A DNA stretch of 64,000 bases from Actinomycetota bacterium. GTDB taxonomy: Bacteria; Actinomycetota; CADDZG01; JAHWKV01. The notes beneath the pieces were generated by a model. That model searched no databases and was not told the DNA's origin. It saw nothing but the letters and a program-made list of their open reading frames with translations. Both the position numbers and the translations under genes were made by a program. This document shows, one piece after another, positions 8,285-18,300 of this stretch (its first letter is position 1; the number at the start of each line of letters is the position of its first letter). Where the stretch lies: the NCBI GenBank assembly GCA_040905365.1, contig JBBDRQ010000080.1, positions 3,326 through 67,325 on the forward strand, written 5' to 3'.

Positions 8285-9634
8285 CTAGGGACGGGAGGCC
8301 GGGTCCTGCCGGGGACCGGCTACCCCCACCCCGGGTGGTAGATTCAGCAGGTCCGGCCCGACGAGCCCTTCCAGGAGCGAAAGCTGAGGAGCGCCGACGA
8401 CGGCCATCGCGTTGGCGACGGGGCGCTCGACGGGGCCCACCACCATGTCGCCGGCTCGTGGGAAGGCAACGACTTGTTCGCTGCCGCCCCTAAGCACTAG
8501 GCGATCGCTCGGTCGGTTCACCACGGCCCCGTTGAGGACGAGGGTCGAAGAGCCGCCGCCGTCTAGATTGATGCCCTCGGTAGCGCCCAGGCCGGCTAAA
8601 AAGTTTGCTGCCTCCACCAGTGTCAACCCAGTGCTGTAGCCGGGCTGCCGGCCGTCGACGGCGACCAGGAAGCTGTGGGTTTGGTTCCAGCCCACCATCG
8701 TCCTGGGATGGCGTCCCGCCACCAGGCTTGACCCGTCGGTGGGCACGGCAACCTGACCTCCTTTTAACAGAATCGGGCCGCCGCCGATGCTCTCGAACAG
8801 CGCAGGCGACGTCTGGAGCTGAAACAGCGCCGTCGAGCCGAGTAGGTTTCCCTTCGACCGCTGCCACAATTCCCGCACCGAAACCGTACCCGTTCCCTTC
8901 CCGGCCAGGACCACGCCGTCCGGCGGTATCGCGGTGCCGCCGGACCCGTCGTTCATGGTGACCAACTCAACCAGGCCGGTGCGAGCGGGGCCGAGGGAAA
9001 GCGGCAGATCGAGCGTGCGTAGGACGAGCTCGGCGCTCGAGGAAGTGGCCGGCGTAGCGGCGCCGTAGTCCGGCGTGTACAACGTCACCCCGTCGACCGC
9101 ACCCTTACGGTTGAGAGCATCGATCTTCAACTCGCCGAGGCCCGACAGCGACAAGCTTCCGGACCAGGTGACCGGGCCGGCGGCTAGCCCGCCTGCCGCG
9201 GAAACGCTGAGTTGATCGTGGTGCGGAACCGGAGAGAGCAGGGTTCGGCCGGCATGAGCGATTCCGCCCACAGGCTCACCCGTAGACGGCTGGTAGAAGT
9301 CACCGTTGATGGCGGCGATGCAGCCTACGCGCTGGCACATCTGGCTCGTTTGCTCGGATCGCCGGTTGGAAGGAACGGTCTGCTGCCGTACCGAGGGGCT
9401 TGATTGTTGTACCCGAACGACGTGGGCGACAACGGGTCCATCGCTTCTAACCAGCCTCTGGTACTCGACCCCGGGGGCCAGCACCCGAGCCTCGTCGAGC
9501 TGATAGCCGGCGGCACTTTGAGCATGAACCGGCGACCAAAGCGCCCCGCCTGCACCTAACAGCGAAGCGACCACGCCGACGAGCACCAAGCGCAGGCTTC
9601 TCCCGACGGACCGTAGGGGAGCTTCGGTTCTCAA
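8285..9634 (-). CDS. phosphodiester glycosidase family protein (secreted)
   Basis: Signal-like N-terminus, AINGDFY and INLDGGGSSTLV motifs of the NAGPA/DUF2233 family. Confidence 0.7.
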   Translation of the reverse strand: MRTEAPLRSVGRSLRLVLVGVVASLLGAGGALWSPVHAQSAAGYQLDEARVLAPGVEYQRLVRSDGPVVAHVVRVQQSSPSVRQQTVPSNRRSEQTSQMCQRVGCIAAINGDFYQPSTGEPVGGIAHAGRTLLSPVPHHDQLSVSAAGGLAAGPVTWSGSLSLSGLGELKIDALNRKGAVDGVTLYTPDYGAATPATSSSAELVLRTLDLPLSLGPARTGLVELVTMNDGSGGTAIPPDGVVLAGKGTGTVSVRELWQRSKGNLLGSTALFQLQTSPALFESIGGGPILLKGGQVAVPTDGSSLVAGRHPRTMVGWNQTHSFLVAVDGRQPGYSTGLTLVEAANFLAGLGATEGINLDGGGSSTLVLNGAVVNRPSDRLVLRGGSEQVVAFPRAGDMVVGPVERPVANAMAVVGAPQLSLLEGLVGPDLLNLPPGVGVAGPRQDPASRP

Positions 9635-9817
9635 GGCGACTCCGTTTCACTCAGTCACAGATCACGCGTCACGGGCTCGGGCCGGCCTTCGGGCCATGCA
9701 TGCCCGCCGACTTCACCTACCCCGGGGCGAGCAATTCAAACCAATAGTTAGGCGGTTGCAATACCACCAAGCAAAACTCGATCCTGACTTAGTAGGAAGC
9801 GAGGAAAGGAGCTGCTA

Positions 9818-10732
9818 TTGAACTCCCAGCAGTTCACCGAAACGCAGCAAGCGGACGGTACTCGAGCAGGATCCGGCCCGGCACCGTCCGCCGCAGACCC
9901 GCAAGAGCGCCAACGCAAGGTCTGGGGAGCCGGCGATTACCGCAAGATCGCCTGGCTGACCCCTGCGCTGGCCGATACGCTCTGTGAAGCCGTAGACGTA
10001 AAAGCGGGGTCCCGGGTACTGGATGTCGCTACCGGCACAGGTCATGTTGCGCTGGCTGCGGCCCGGCGTTTCTGCCACACGACCGGAGTCGACCTCATTG
10101 CCGACTTTCTCGAGATAGGGCGTCAGCGCGCCGAAAGCGAGGCCCTGCCGGTACGGTTGGTCGAAGCAAGCGCGGAGGACTTGCCGTTCGAGGATCAATC
10201 CTTCGACTTCGTACTGTCGGTGGTCGGTGTGATGTTCGCGGCCAACCAGCAGCAGGCCGCGGACGAGATGCTGCGGGTGGCCCGACCCGGCGGGACCATC
10301 GGCTTGATCAACTGGAAACCCGACGGCTACGTCGCCGAACTCTGGAAAACCATAGCCAAGTGGGCACCGCCTCCTCCCGGGGCCCAGTCCCCTGCCCTTT
10401 GGGGCAAACAAGAGCACGTCCGGCAGCTGCTGGGATCGGGAACATCAGATATTTCCTTCGAAACCGGCACGCTTACCCAACGGTTCCTGTCGCCGGCCCA
10501 CCACGCCGAATTCTTCCTGTCCAACTACGGCCCTACGCTGAAAGTGGCGGAGTCGCTAGAGGCCGATCAACGGGAGCGGTTCGCGCGCGACATCGAAGAC
10601 CTGGCCGCACGACACAACCGCGCCACCGACGGCAGCGCGGTCTTGGACTGGGACTATGTGGTGGTGAACGCCAAAGTGCGGTATGCCGAGGGTCGCGCTA
10701 AACGGCCGGCTCGATCTCGTCACGACCCATAG
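9818..10732 (+). CDS. class I SAM-dependent methyltransferase
   Basis: Motif I VLDVATGTGHVALAAA and post-I/II motifs. TTG start preceded by GGAAAGGAG. Confidence 0.8.
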   Translation: MNSQQFTETQQADGTRAGSGPAPSAADPQERQRKVWGAGDYRKIAWLTPALADTLCEAVDVKAGSRVLDVATGTGHVALAAARRFCHTTGVDLIADFLEIGRQRAESEALPVRLVEASAEDLPFEDQSFDFVLSVVGVMFAANQQQAADEMLRVARPGGTIGLINWKPDGYVAELWKTIAKWAPPPPGAQSPALWGKQEHVRQLLGSGTSDISFETGTLTQRFLSPAHHAEFFLSNYGPTLKVAESLEADQRERFARDIEDLAARHNRATDGSAVLDWDYVVVNAKVRYAEGRAKRPARSRHDP

Positions 10733-11637
10733 CCCACGGGCAACTCCACATCGCCGTCGATCGTCCGGTAAAAGACCTGCCAGTGGTAGTAACCGAGGTA
10801 GGTCCGCTCGTCCTGCATCATCTGGTCCGCATAGATCGAGATAGCCTTTACGTACCTGGGCGTCGGGTTGTAGGCGTGCAGGGCCCGGTCCATGTTGCCC
10901 GGGGCCCCCGAGGCCTTGAGATACCTTCCTGCAGCCCGGATGGAGTCCAGGGGATCGTTGATGTCCCCTTCGCCGTAGGCGGCCCAGGTCGGTGGAATGA
11001 ACTGCATCGGCCCCTGCGCGCCGGCGGTGCTGGTGCCCCGGATGCGGCCCATACGGGTTTCTACGAGGTGGATCGCGGCCAGGTACTCCCACCGCACGCC
11101 GAACTCGGTCTCCGCCTGACGGTAGTAGCCGAGCAGCTCCTCGGCCGGAGGCGGTTCAATTATCCGCCACGGCGGCAGCTGCGGTTGCGGGCGGGTAAGC
11201 GCCCTCAGCTCCGCGCCGGCCGTGATGTTGGCCTCGGCGGCGGCAATGAGCTCCTCAGGCAACTGGGCCAAAGCCTCGGGGCGCCACTGCGGGTTGGCCA
11301 CCAAGGTCCGGTAGGCGGCCTGCTGCACGCGGGCAAACTCGGCCGCCCTCTCCGGAGAGGTCTCGTCGGAGCGTATGCCCGCTTCGGCGGCGGCCAGCGA
11401 GCGGCCGGTGGCCTGCGGTCCCTCCAAAGAGGTAGGAACCGGCGGCGGACTGGGGCTGGCCGGCACCGGCGGCGGGGTGGGGCTCGGGTCCGGGCTCGGG
11501 CTCGAAGGTGGGCTCGGCGATACCGCCGGTGAAGGGTCCCGTCCCGGCGAGTTGGCCGGGTTGGGGCCTTCGGTGGCAGGGGCCGCGCAGGAGCTCATCA
11601 GCAAGACGGCGATCAAGGCGCCGAGGAGGTGATTCAC
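10720..11637 (-). CDS. lytic transglycosylase-domain lipoprotein with Pro/Ser-rich linker
   Basis: Lipobox LLMSSC, a long SPSPPSSPSPDPSPTPPPVPASPSPPPVP linker, and an SLT-like core LAAIHLVETRMGR...GAQGPMQFIPPTW. Confidence 0.8.
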   Translation of the reverse strand: MNHLLGALIAVLLMSSCAAPATEGPNPANSPGRDPSPAVSPSPPSSPSPDPSPTPPPVPASPSPPPVPTSLEGPQATGRSLAAAEAGIRSDETSPERAAEFARVQQAAYRTLVANPQWRPEALAQLPEELIAAAEANITAGAELRALTRPQPQLPPWRIIEPPPAEELLGYYRQAETEFGVRWEYLAAIHLVETRMGRIRGTSTAGAQGPMQFIPPTWAAYGEGDINDPLDSIRAAGRYLKASGAPGNMDRALHAYNPTPRYVKAISIYADQMMQDERTYLGYYHWQVFYRTIDGDVELPVGYGS

Positions 11638-11702
11638 GCCCCCAGTGTGCCCGCAAACCGGCTATCGGACAACACGACAAACGGAGAACCGCCCCGGATA
11701 AG

Positions 11703-13868
11703 TCAGCCGCCGCTGCACATGTCGTCGGTGGCGCCAAGCGGCGCTCGCGCGGCCCGGATCACCTCCAGCGGATCCGCCCCCGCCACGCTCACCTGCTGCC
11801 CATCGACGTCTACGGTTATGGAGCGGTCCCCCACCTGGATGCCCTCGACCCGCAGCCTGTGCATGGACGGCGGCAGGCTGGGCGCAACCCACAGCCGTTG
11901 CCGGCTAACCCATGGATCCAGCCGCAACAATGTCCGCAGCCAGGAAATCGGGGCGGAGGCGCCCCACGCCTGCGGCGAACAGGAGGCCGGGTAGGCGGCG
12001 GGGACGGAAACCTCGGAGCGGGAGAAGCCGGCGAACAGCTCCGGGATCCGCCCGCCGTCCTGCAGCGACGCCTGGATCTGGCCCTCGATGATGCGGTGAG
12101 CCGCGTCGATCAATCCGTACCTGGCCAGACCCGCAGCGCACAGCGCGTTGTCGTGCGGCCATACCGAGCCGTTGTGGTAGCTGACCGGGTTGTATGCGGC
12201 CATACTGGCGGCGAGCGTGCGCACCCCCCACCCGGTGAACATGTCGTCGCTCATCAGGCGATCGGCCACCGCCGCTACCCGATCGGCGTCGACAATGCCA
12301 GTCCACAGACAGTGGCCCACGTTGGACGTCACCGAGTCGATCTGGCGCTTGCCCGCGTCCAGCCCCAGCGCGTACGTCCCCTGGTCGGGCATCCAAAAGT
12401 CTTCGTTGAAATGGCGCCGAAGCGTCGCAGCCTTCGCCCGGTAGTGCTCGCACACCTGCCGATCCCCCGCCTCCTGCGCAAAATGAGCCCGAGCCAGATA
12501 GGCGGCGTAGACGTAACCCTGCACCTCGCATAGGGCGATGGGCGGCTCGGCCAGATCTCCGCCGGCGAAGCGGATGCCGTCCCACGAGTCCTTCCAGCCC
12601 TGGTTGGTCAGGCCGTCGGCCGATTGGCGCAGATACTCGACGTAACCATCGCCGTCCCGGTCGCCGTAGTCCTCGATCCACTGCAGGGCCCGGTCGGCGT
12701 GCGGCAGCAGCCGTTCGATCCATTCGTCGTCGGCTCCCCACCGGCGCGCCTCGCCCAGCAGCATCACGAACAACGGCGTGGCGTCGATCGCGCCGTAGTA
12801 GATGTCGCCGCCGCCCAGGGCCAGCCCGCCGGCGCCCCCGAAGCGCATCTCGTGCAGGATCTTGCCCGGCTCCTCCTCGGTGTCGGGATCCACCCTGGTG
12901 CCTTGAAAGCGCGCCAGCGTCTCGAGCACCCCGCGGGCCAAAGAGGGATCGGCCGGCATGGTCATCCACCCGGTCAGCAGCGAATCCCGTCCGAAGACCG
13001 TCATGAACCAAGGGGCCCCGGCCGCCAGGATCGGCACATCCGGGTACTCTGGGTCGAAGATCCTAAGCGCCCCCAGGTCCTGCCCGGAGGTCGCCACGGC
13101 CGCCGCCAAAGCCGGATCGTCGGTTTCCAAGGTAGGCAGACGGGCCCGCCAGGTGGCCAGCCTGCGACCAGGGGTGCCCACCTCGTCGGACTGCCCGCAC
13201 TTGAACAGCGGCTCCACCGGCCTGCCGTCGAGGGCCACGGTCACCTGTACGCAGATCTCCCAGGAGCTCTTGGGCGCCACGACGCGCTCGAAGGTAGCGC
13301 GGGTGGGCTCCAGCGCTCCGGGTTCGGAGAAACCGATCTCCACCTGCTTGGTACGGCCCTGCAGGCTGCGGTGCTCGAACAGAAGGGCCTGCTCCTGCGC
13401 CTCCTGGCTGTAGCGCCCCCGCAGTCGCACCCGCTCCTCCTTCACCTCGAACAGGTCGGCGAAGTCGGCGTCGCAGCGCAGCTCCACCGACACCCGCGCG
13501 GCGCTCTGAGCGTGGTTGGTGATCACCAGCCGCTCGCGCATGCCGTTGCCGATGTGCCGGAAGCGCATGACCACCAGGTCCGAGTCCGCCGCCCCGGAGG
13601 CCGGCAGGCCGCGACAAACATACGTAGCCGAAAACGGTTCCTGCACCGAGACCACCAGCGTCTCCACGCGGTGGCCGTTCAAGCGCATCTCGAACTTCGA
13701 AAGGATGCGGGTGTCCAGCACGAACAGTCCCTGCGGCAGGTCGGGGAACATGTCGCCCGAGCGCGTCGACAGGCAAAAGGTCTGCCCCTCGACCAGGGTG
13801 ACGTCCCCGCCGCCGCGCCCCACCGACGGCACCGCGGCCGCGCTGTCCCAGCCCGCCTGCCGGTTCAT
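11703..13868 (-). CDS. amylo-alpha-1,6-glucosidase / glycogen-debranching-enzyme-like (GDE N-terminal + GDE_C six-hairpin domains)
   Basis: 721 aa. N-terminal TLVEGQTFCLS...GLFVLDTR pattern and C-terminal GAPWFMTVFGRDSL...GKILHE...YYGAIDATPLF...NQGWKDSWD...YHNGSVWPHDN motifs. Confidence 0.85.
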   Translation of the reverse strand: MNRQAGWDSAAAVPSVGRGGGDVTLVEGQTFCLSTRSGDMFPDLPQGLFVLDTRILSKFEMRLNGHRVETLVVSVQEPFSATYVCRGLPASGAADSDLVVMRFRHIGNGMRERLVITNHAQSAARVSVELRCDADFADLFEVKEERVRLRGRYSQEAQEQALLFEHRSLQGRTKQVEIGFSEPGALEPTRATFERVVAPKSSWEICVQVTVALDGRPVEPLFKCGQSDEVGTPGRRLATWRARLPTLETDDPALAAAVATSGQDLGALRIFDPEYPDVPILAAGAPWFMTVFGRDSLLTGWMTMPADPSLARGVLETLARFQGTRVDPDTEEEPGKILHEMRFGGAGGLALGGGDIYYGAIDATPLFVMLLGEARRWGADDEWIERLLPHADRALQWIEDYGDRDGDGYVEYLRQSADGLTNQGWKDSWDGIRFAGGDLAEPPIALCEVQGYVYAAYLARAHFAQEAGDRQVCEHYRAKAATLRRHFNEDFWMPDQGTYALGLDAGKRQIDSVTSNVGHCLWTGIVDADRVAAVADRLMSDDMFTGWGVRTLAASMAAYNPVSYHNGSVWPHDNALCAAGLARYGLIDAAHRIIEGQIQASLQDGGRIPELFAGFSRSEVSVPAAYPASCSPQAWGASAPISWLRTLLRLDPWVSRQRLWVAPSLPPSMHRLRVEGIQVGDRSITVDVDGQQVSVAGADPLEVIRAARAPLGATDDMCSGG

Positions 13869-14911
13869 GTGCGGCGCGGCGCGGTTATCAACCGTTCAAA
13901 CAGATCCAGGTGGCCGGCAACCATACGTTCGGTGGCAAACTTGGTTTCGGCGGCCTTGCGGCAGCCGGAGCGATCCAAAGTGGGCACCATCGGGATCTGC
14001 TCGGCCAGTTCGGGCGTGCTCTCGGACAGAAAACCGGTCAGCCCGTGCTCTACGATCTCCGGCGCCGATCCCTGGCGAAACGCCAGCACCGGCGTACCGC
14101 AGGCCAGCGCCTCGATCATCACCAGGCCAAAGGGCTCGTCCCATCGAATCGGGTTGAGCAACGCCTTGGCCCCCTGCAGCAGCCTGATCCGCTCCGCCGG
14201 GCCCACCTCGCCCAAAAACACGATCCGGTCACTCAGCAGCGGCTCCACCTGCTCGGTGAAGAACTGATACTCCCAGGGCTCTTGCATCTTGGCCGCTATC
14301 AGCAGCCGGACCCCGGCCCGCTTGGCCGCCACCGCCGCCCGCCGAACGCCTTTCTCCGGCACCATGCGCCCCAGGAACAAGAAGTACTCGCCTTGCTCGT
14401 CGCCGCCCCCGTCGCCTACGGGGAACGCCTCCAGATCCAAACCGTGGTGGATCGTCGCAGCGATGGGCACGTCCACGGCGGTGGAAGCCTGGTGATGACT
14501 GATGGCGATGACCGCGGTGTCTTCGGACACCGTCTTATACAGGTCCATAAGGTCCTCGTTGAACGGACCGTGGTTGGTGGTGGCTACCGCCAGGTCCAGG
14601 AACCGGTTGGCGTAGACGGGGCCGATGAGGGTGTGATCGTGCACCACGTCGGCCCCCCACCTGCGCAACTCGTCGTAACCCCGGATCAAGTGGCGCAGCT
14701 CGATCGAAGCAATCCCCATACGTCCAAAAGCCGCATGGGGCAGCACATGACCCTTGGGCACCGGGCACGTGGAGTCGCCGGTAGTCCACAAGAAGACCTC
14801 GTGCCCGACCGCCTGGAAGCCTCTGGCCAGCCGGTCGATTACCGCCTCGGTCCCGCCGTACGCCCGGGGAGGCACAGTTACCCACGGCGGGGCCATCAAT
14901 CCAATTCGCAC
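13865..14911 (-). CDS. glycosyltransferase family 4
   Basis: GT-B fold with EPFGLVMIEALACGTPVLAFRQGSAPEIVEHGLTGF (E-x7-E). The stop overlaps the downstream start (ATGA at 13865-13868). Confidence 0.85.
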   Translation of the reverse strand: MRIGLMAPPWVTVPPRAYGGTEAVIDRLARGFQAVGHEVFLWTTGDSTCPVPKGHVLPHAAFGRMGIASIELRHLIRGYDELRRWGADVVHDHTLIGPVYANRFLDLAVATTNHGPFNEDLMDLYKTVSEDTAVIAISHHQASTAVDVPIAATIHHGLDLEAFPVGDGGGDEQGEYFLFLGRMVPEKGVRRAAVAAKRAGVRLLIAAKMQEPWEYQFFTEQVEPLLSDRIVFLGEVGPAERIRLLQGAKALLNPIRWDEPFGLVMIEALACGTPVLAFRQGSAPEIVEHGLTGFLSESTPELAEQIPMVPTLDRSGCRKAAETKFATERMVAGHLDLFERLITAPRRT

Positions 14912-14987
14912 TACCTATCAATAGGGCCAAGCCCAACAGTTGTCAACAACCGCCGGGTGGCGCCAGGCCCGGCGGTCGCCGCGGCTT

Positions 14988-16397
<1,410 letters not shown>

Positions 16398-16401
16398 TTG
16401 C

Positions 16402-16686
16402 CTAACCCTTCTTCTGGAACATGCCGAGCATGCGGTGGGTAACCATGAACCCTCCGACCACGTTGATGGTGGCAAAGATGAGCGCCGCTAACCCCAAGGC
16501 GGTAGTCAGCACGCTGAGGCCGAGCCCGGTGGACAAAAGTGCGCCGACGATAGTGATGCCGGAGATCGCGTTGGCTCCCGACATCAACGGCGTGTGCAGC
16601 GTCGGGGGCACTTTGGTGATGACCTCGAACCCCACGTAGACGGCCAGCACAAAGATCGTGAGCGATAAAATGAATGGTTGACTCAT
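16402..16686 (-). CDS. pntA: NAD(P) transhydrogenase subunit alpha part 2 (membrane dII segment)
   Basis: 94 aa, FVLAVYVGFEVITKVPPTLHTPLMSGANAISGITIVGAL. It ends 4 nt before pntB. AAGGGGGA lies upstream of the ATG at 16686. Confidence 0.85.
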   Translation of the reverse strand: MSQPFILSLTIFVLAVYVGFEVITKVPPTLHTPLMSGANAISGITIVGALLSTGLGLSVLTTALGLAALIFATINVVGGFMVTHRMLGMFQKKG

Positions 16687-16870
16687 GCGACCAGCATCCC
16701 CCTTAGTTTGCACACTCACCTACTCGGCGGCGGCCGGCCTGCTGGGCCGAGCGCGTCCTGCATTCGTGCCGACGTGCAGCCGTCGAGGAGCGACGGAAAG
16801 CCGAGGTTTGTGGTATCTAACCGCGTGCGGATACCAAGAGGCAAACCAGCTGTAATAAAGCCGGCTTGGG

Positions 16871-17293
16871 CTAGCCGGCCGGTTCCAAGGCCACTACCGG
16901 TATCTTGCGGCTGGTGCTTGCCTGGTACTCGACGAACTGCGGGTGCTGCTCGGCGTGCTTGGAGTAGACACGATCCCGCTCGTCACCTTTCAGCTCCACC
17001 GCAGTCACATCGAACTGATCGGAACCCACCTCGACTGTGGCTCGCGGGTTGGCCAGCAGGTTGTGATACCAGGAGGGGTGGGTGGGAGCGCCGCCCTTGG
17101 AGGCAAAGACTATTATCCGGTCCCCATCCGGCTGGTACACCAGCGGCGTCGTCCGCGGTTTTCCACTTTTGGCCCCGGTGGTGGTCAGCAGCACCAGCGG
17201 AGTGTCCTCGAAAATTCCACCAACCTTGCCGCCGTTGGAGCGGAACTCTTCGATAATCGCCCGGTTCCAATCGGTCGATCTAGCCATCAGCAT
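16871..17293 (-). CDS. deazaflavin (F420)-dependent nitroreductase family protein (Ddn-like)
   Basis: NRAIIEEFRSNGGKVGG...LLTTTGAKSGKPRTTPL...GGAPTHPSWYHNLLANP are hallmark motifs. Confidence 0.85.
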   Translation of the reverse strand: MLMARSTDWNRAIIEEFRSNGGKVGGIFEDTPLVLLTTTGAKSGKPRTTPLVYQPDGDRIIVFASKGGAPTHPSWYHNLLANPRATVEVGSDQFDVTAVELKGDERDRVYSKHAEQHPQFVEYQASTSRKIPVVALEPAG

Positions 17294-17416
17294 TTCCCTT
17301 CAAAAGGACCCCACATCAACCGGGGTACCGGCAAGGATACGGAACCCGGCCGGGTGGTGCAGAAACCTCGAGGCGGAGCCCCCACTGGTGCAAAGGTGGA
17401 CTAGCCTAATCAGGAT

Positions 17417-18247
17417 ATGAAAACAGCCGTATTGGGTCATGTCGAGTGGCTCGACTTCGTTCGGGTGCCGCACCTGCCGCGCTCGGGCGAGATTCTCCAC
17501 GCCACCGAGTTCTGGAGCGATCCGGCCGGCGGCGGCGCCGTAGCCGCGGTTCAGCTCGCCAAACTCGCCGGCTCAGCCGTATTCCTGACGGCGGTGGGCG
17601 GTGACGATTTGGGCGTCCGGACCCAGCGCAGGTTAAGCGAGCTGGGCTTGGAAGTCCACGCCGCAGTGAGGCCGGAGCCTCAGCGCCGAGCGATCACCCA
17701 CCTGGACGGCTCAGCCGAGCGCACCATTACCGTCCTGGGCACCCGCCTTTCCCCGAACCGCTTTGATCCGCTCCCCTATCAAGAGCTTGCCAAAGCCGAT
17801 GCGGTCTATCTCACGGCCGGCGACGCTGAGGTGGTCCGCCTGGCGCGCAAGGCCAAGGTGCTGGTGGCCACCGCGCGGGTCCTACCGTTGCTAGCCGAAG
17901 CGGGCGTGTACCTGGATGCCCTCGTGGGCAGCTCCTTGGATCCCTCCGAAGCCTACTCCGACGGCGACCTGAACCCCGCTCCGGGACTGGTTGTACGAAC
18001 CTGCGGCTCTTCCGGAGGTTGGTACCGGATCGACGGCGAGGAGTACTGCCGGTACCCGCCGACGCCCCTACCGGGTCCGGCCGTGGACTCCTACGGCTGC
18101 GGAGACAGCTTTGCCGCCGGGCTCACCTACGCCCTGGGGGCAAGATACGCTCCGGCCGAGGCGATCCGGCTGGCCGCCAACTGCGGCGCCGCAGTAGCCG
18201 CCGGCAAAGGCCCTTACTCCGCGCAGCTAACCAGCAACGAGCTCTAG
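17417..18247 (+). CDS. PfkB-family carbohydrate kinase
   Basis: Ribokinase-like fold with C-terminal GCGDSFAAGLTYAL anion-hole motif. Confidence 0.8.
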   Translation: MKTAVLGHVEWLDFVRVPHLPRSGEILHATEFWSDPAGGGAVAAVQLAKLAGSAVFLTAVGGDDLGVRTQRRLSELGLEVHAAVRPEPQRRAITHLDGSAERTITVLGTRLSPNRFDPLPYQELAKADAVYLTAGDAEVVRLARKAKVLVATARVLPLLAEAGVYLDALVGSSLDPSEAYSDGDLNPAPGLVVRTCGSSGGWYRIDGEEYCRYPPTPLPGPAVDSYGCGDSFAAGLTYALGARYAPAEAIRLAANCGAAVAAGKGPYSAQLTSNEL

Positions 18248-18300
18248 TGCCGTGACCACCCTCTCGCCCAGCTTGCCTGATCATCTTGGAGGCAGCGCCG

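Noticed and set aside
8199-8285. Integration hotspot or genomic island at tRNA-Ala, and likewise at tRNA-Thr (59066).
   Set aside because: There is no integrase, no direct repeat of the tRNA 3' end and no compositional shift downstream of either tRNA.
11400-11560. Pro/Ser-rich low-complexity DNA in the lytic transglycosylase gene, considered as a possible repeat element.
   Set aside because: It is a typical secreted-protein linker (SPSPP...PPVP) with no exact nucleotide periodicity beyond codon bias.
12624-14267. Long antisense or alternative-frame ORFs. Examples: 12624..14267 +, 14940..16442 +, 28573..30015 +, 44306..45574 +, 48675..50396 +, 31304..32350 +, 32396..33586 +.
   Set aside because: They lie opposite or out of frame with genes that have unmistakable conserved motifs (GDE, pntB, kgd, ctaD, groEL, lon). 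Their translations are Arg/Gly/Pro/His-rich with no motifs, which is the usual artefact of GC-rich DNA.
16687-16870. Degenerate pntAA pseudogene upstream of pntAB.
   Set aside because: Only 184 nt are available, and no frame shows Rossmann or alanine-dehydrogenase-like residues.
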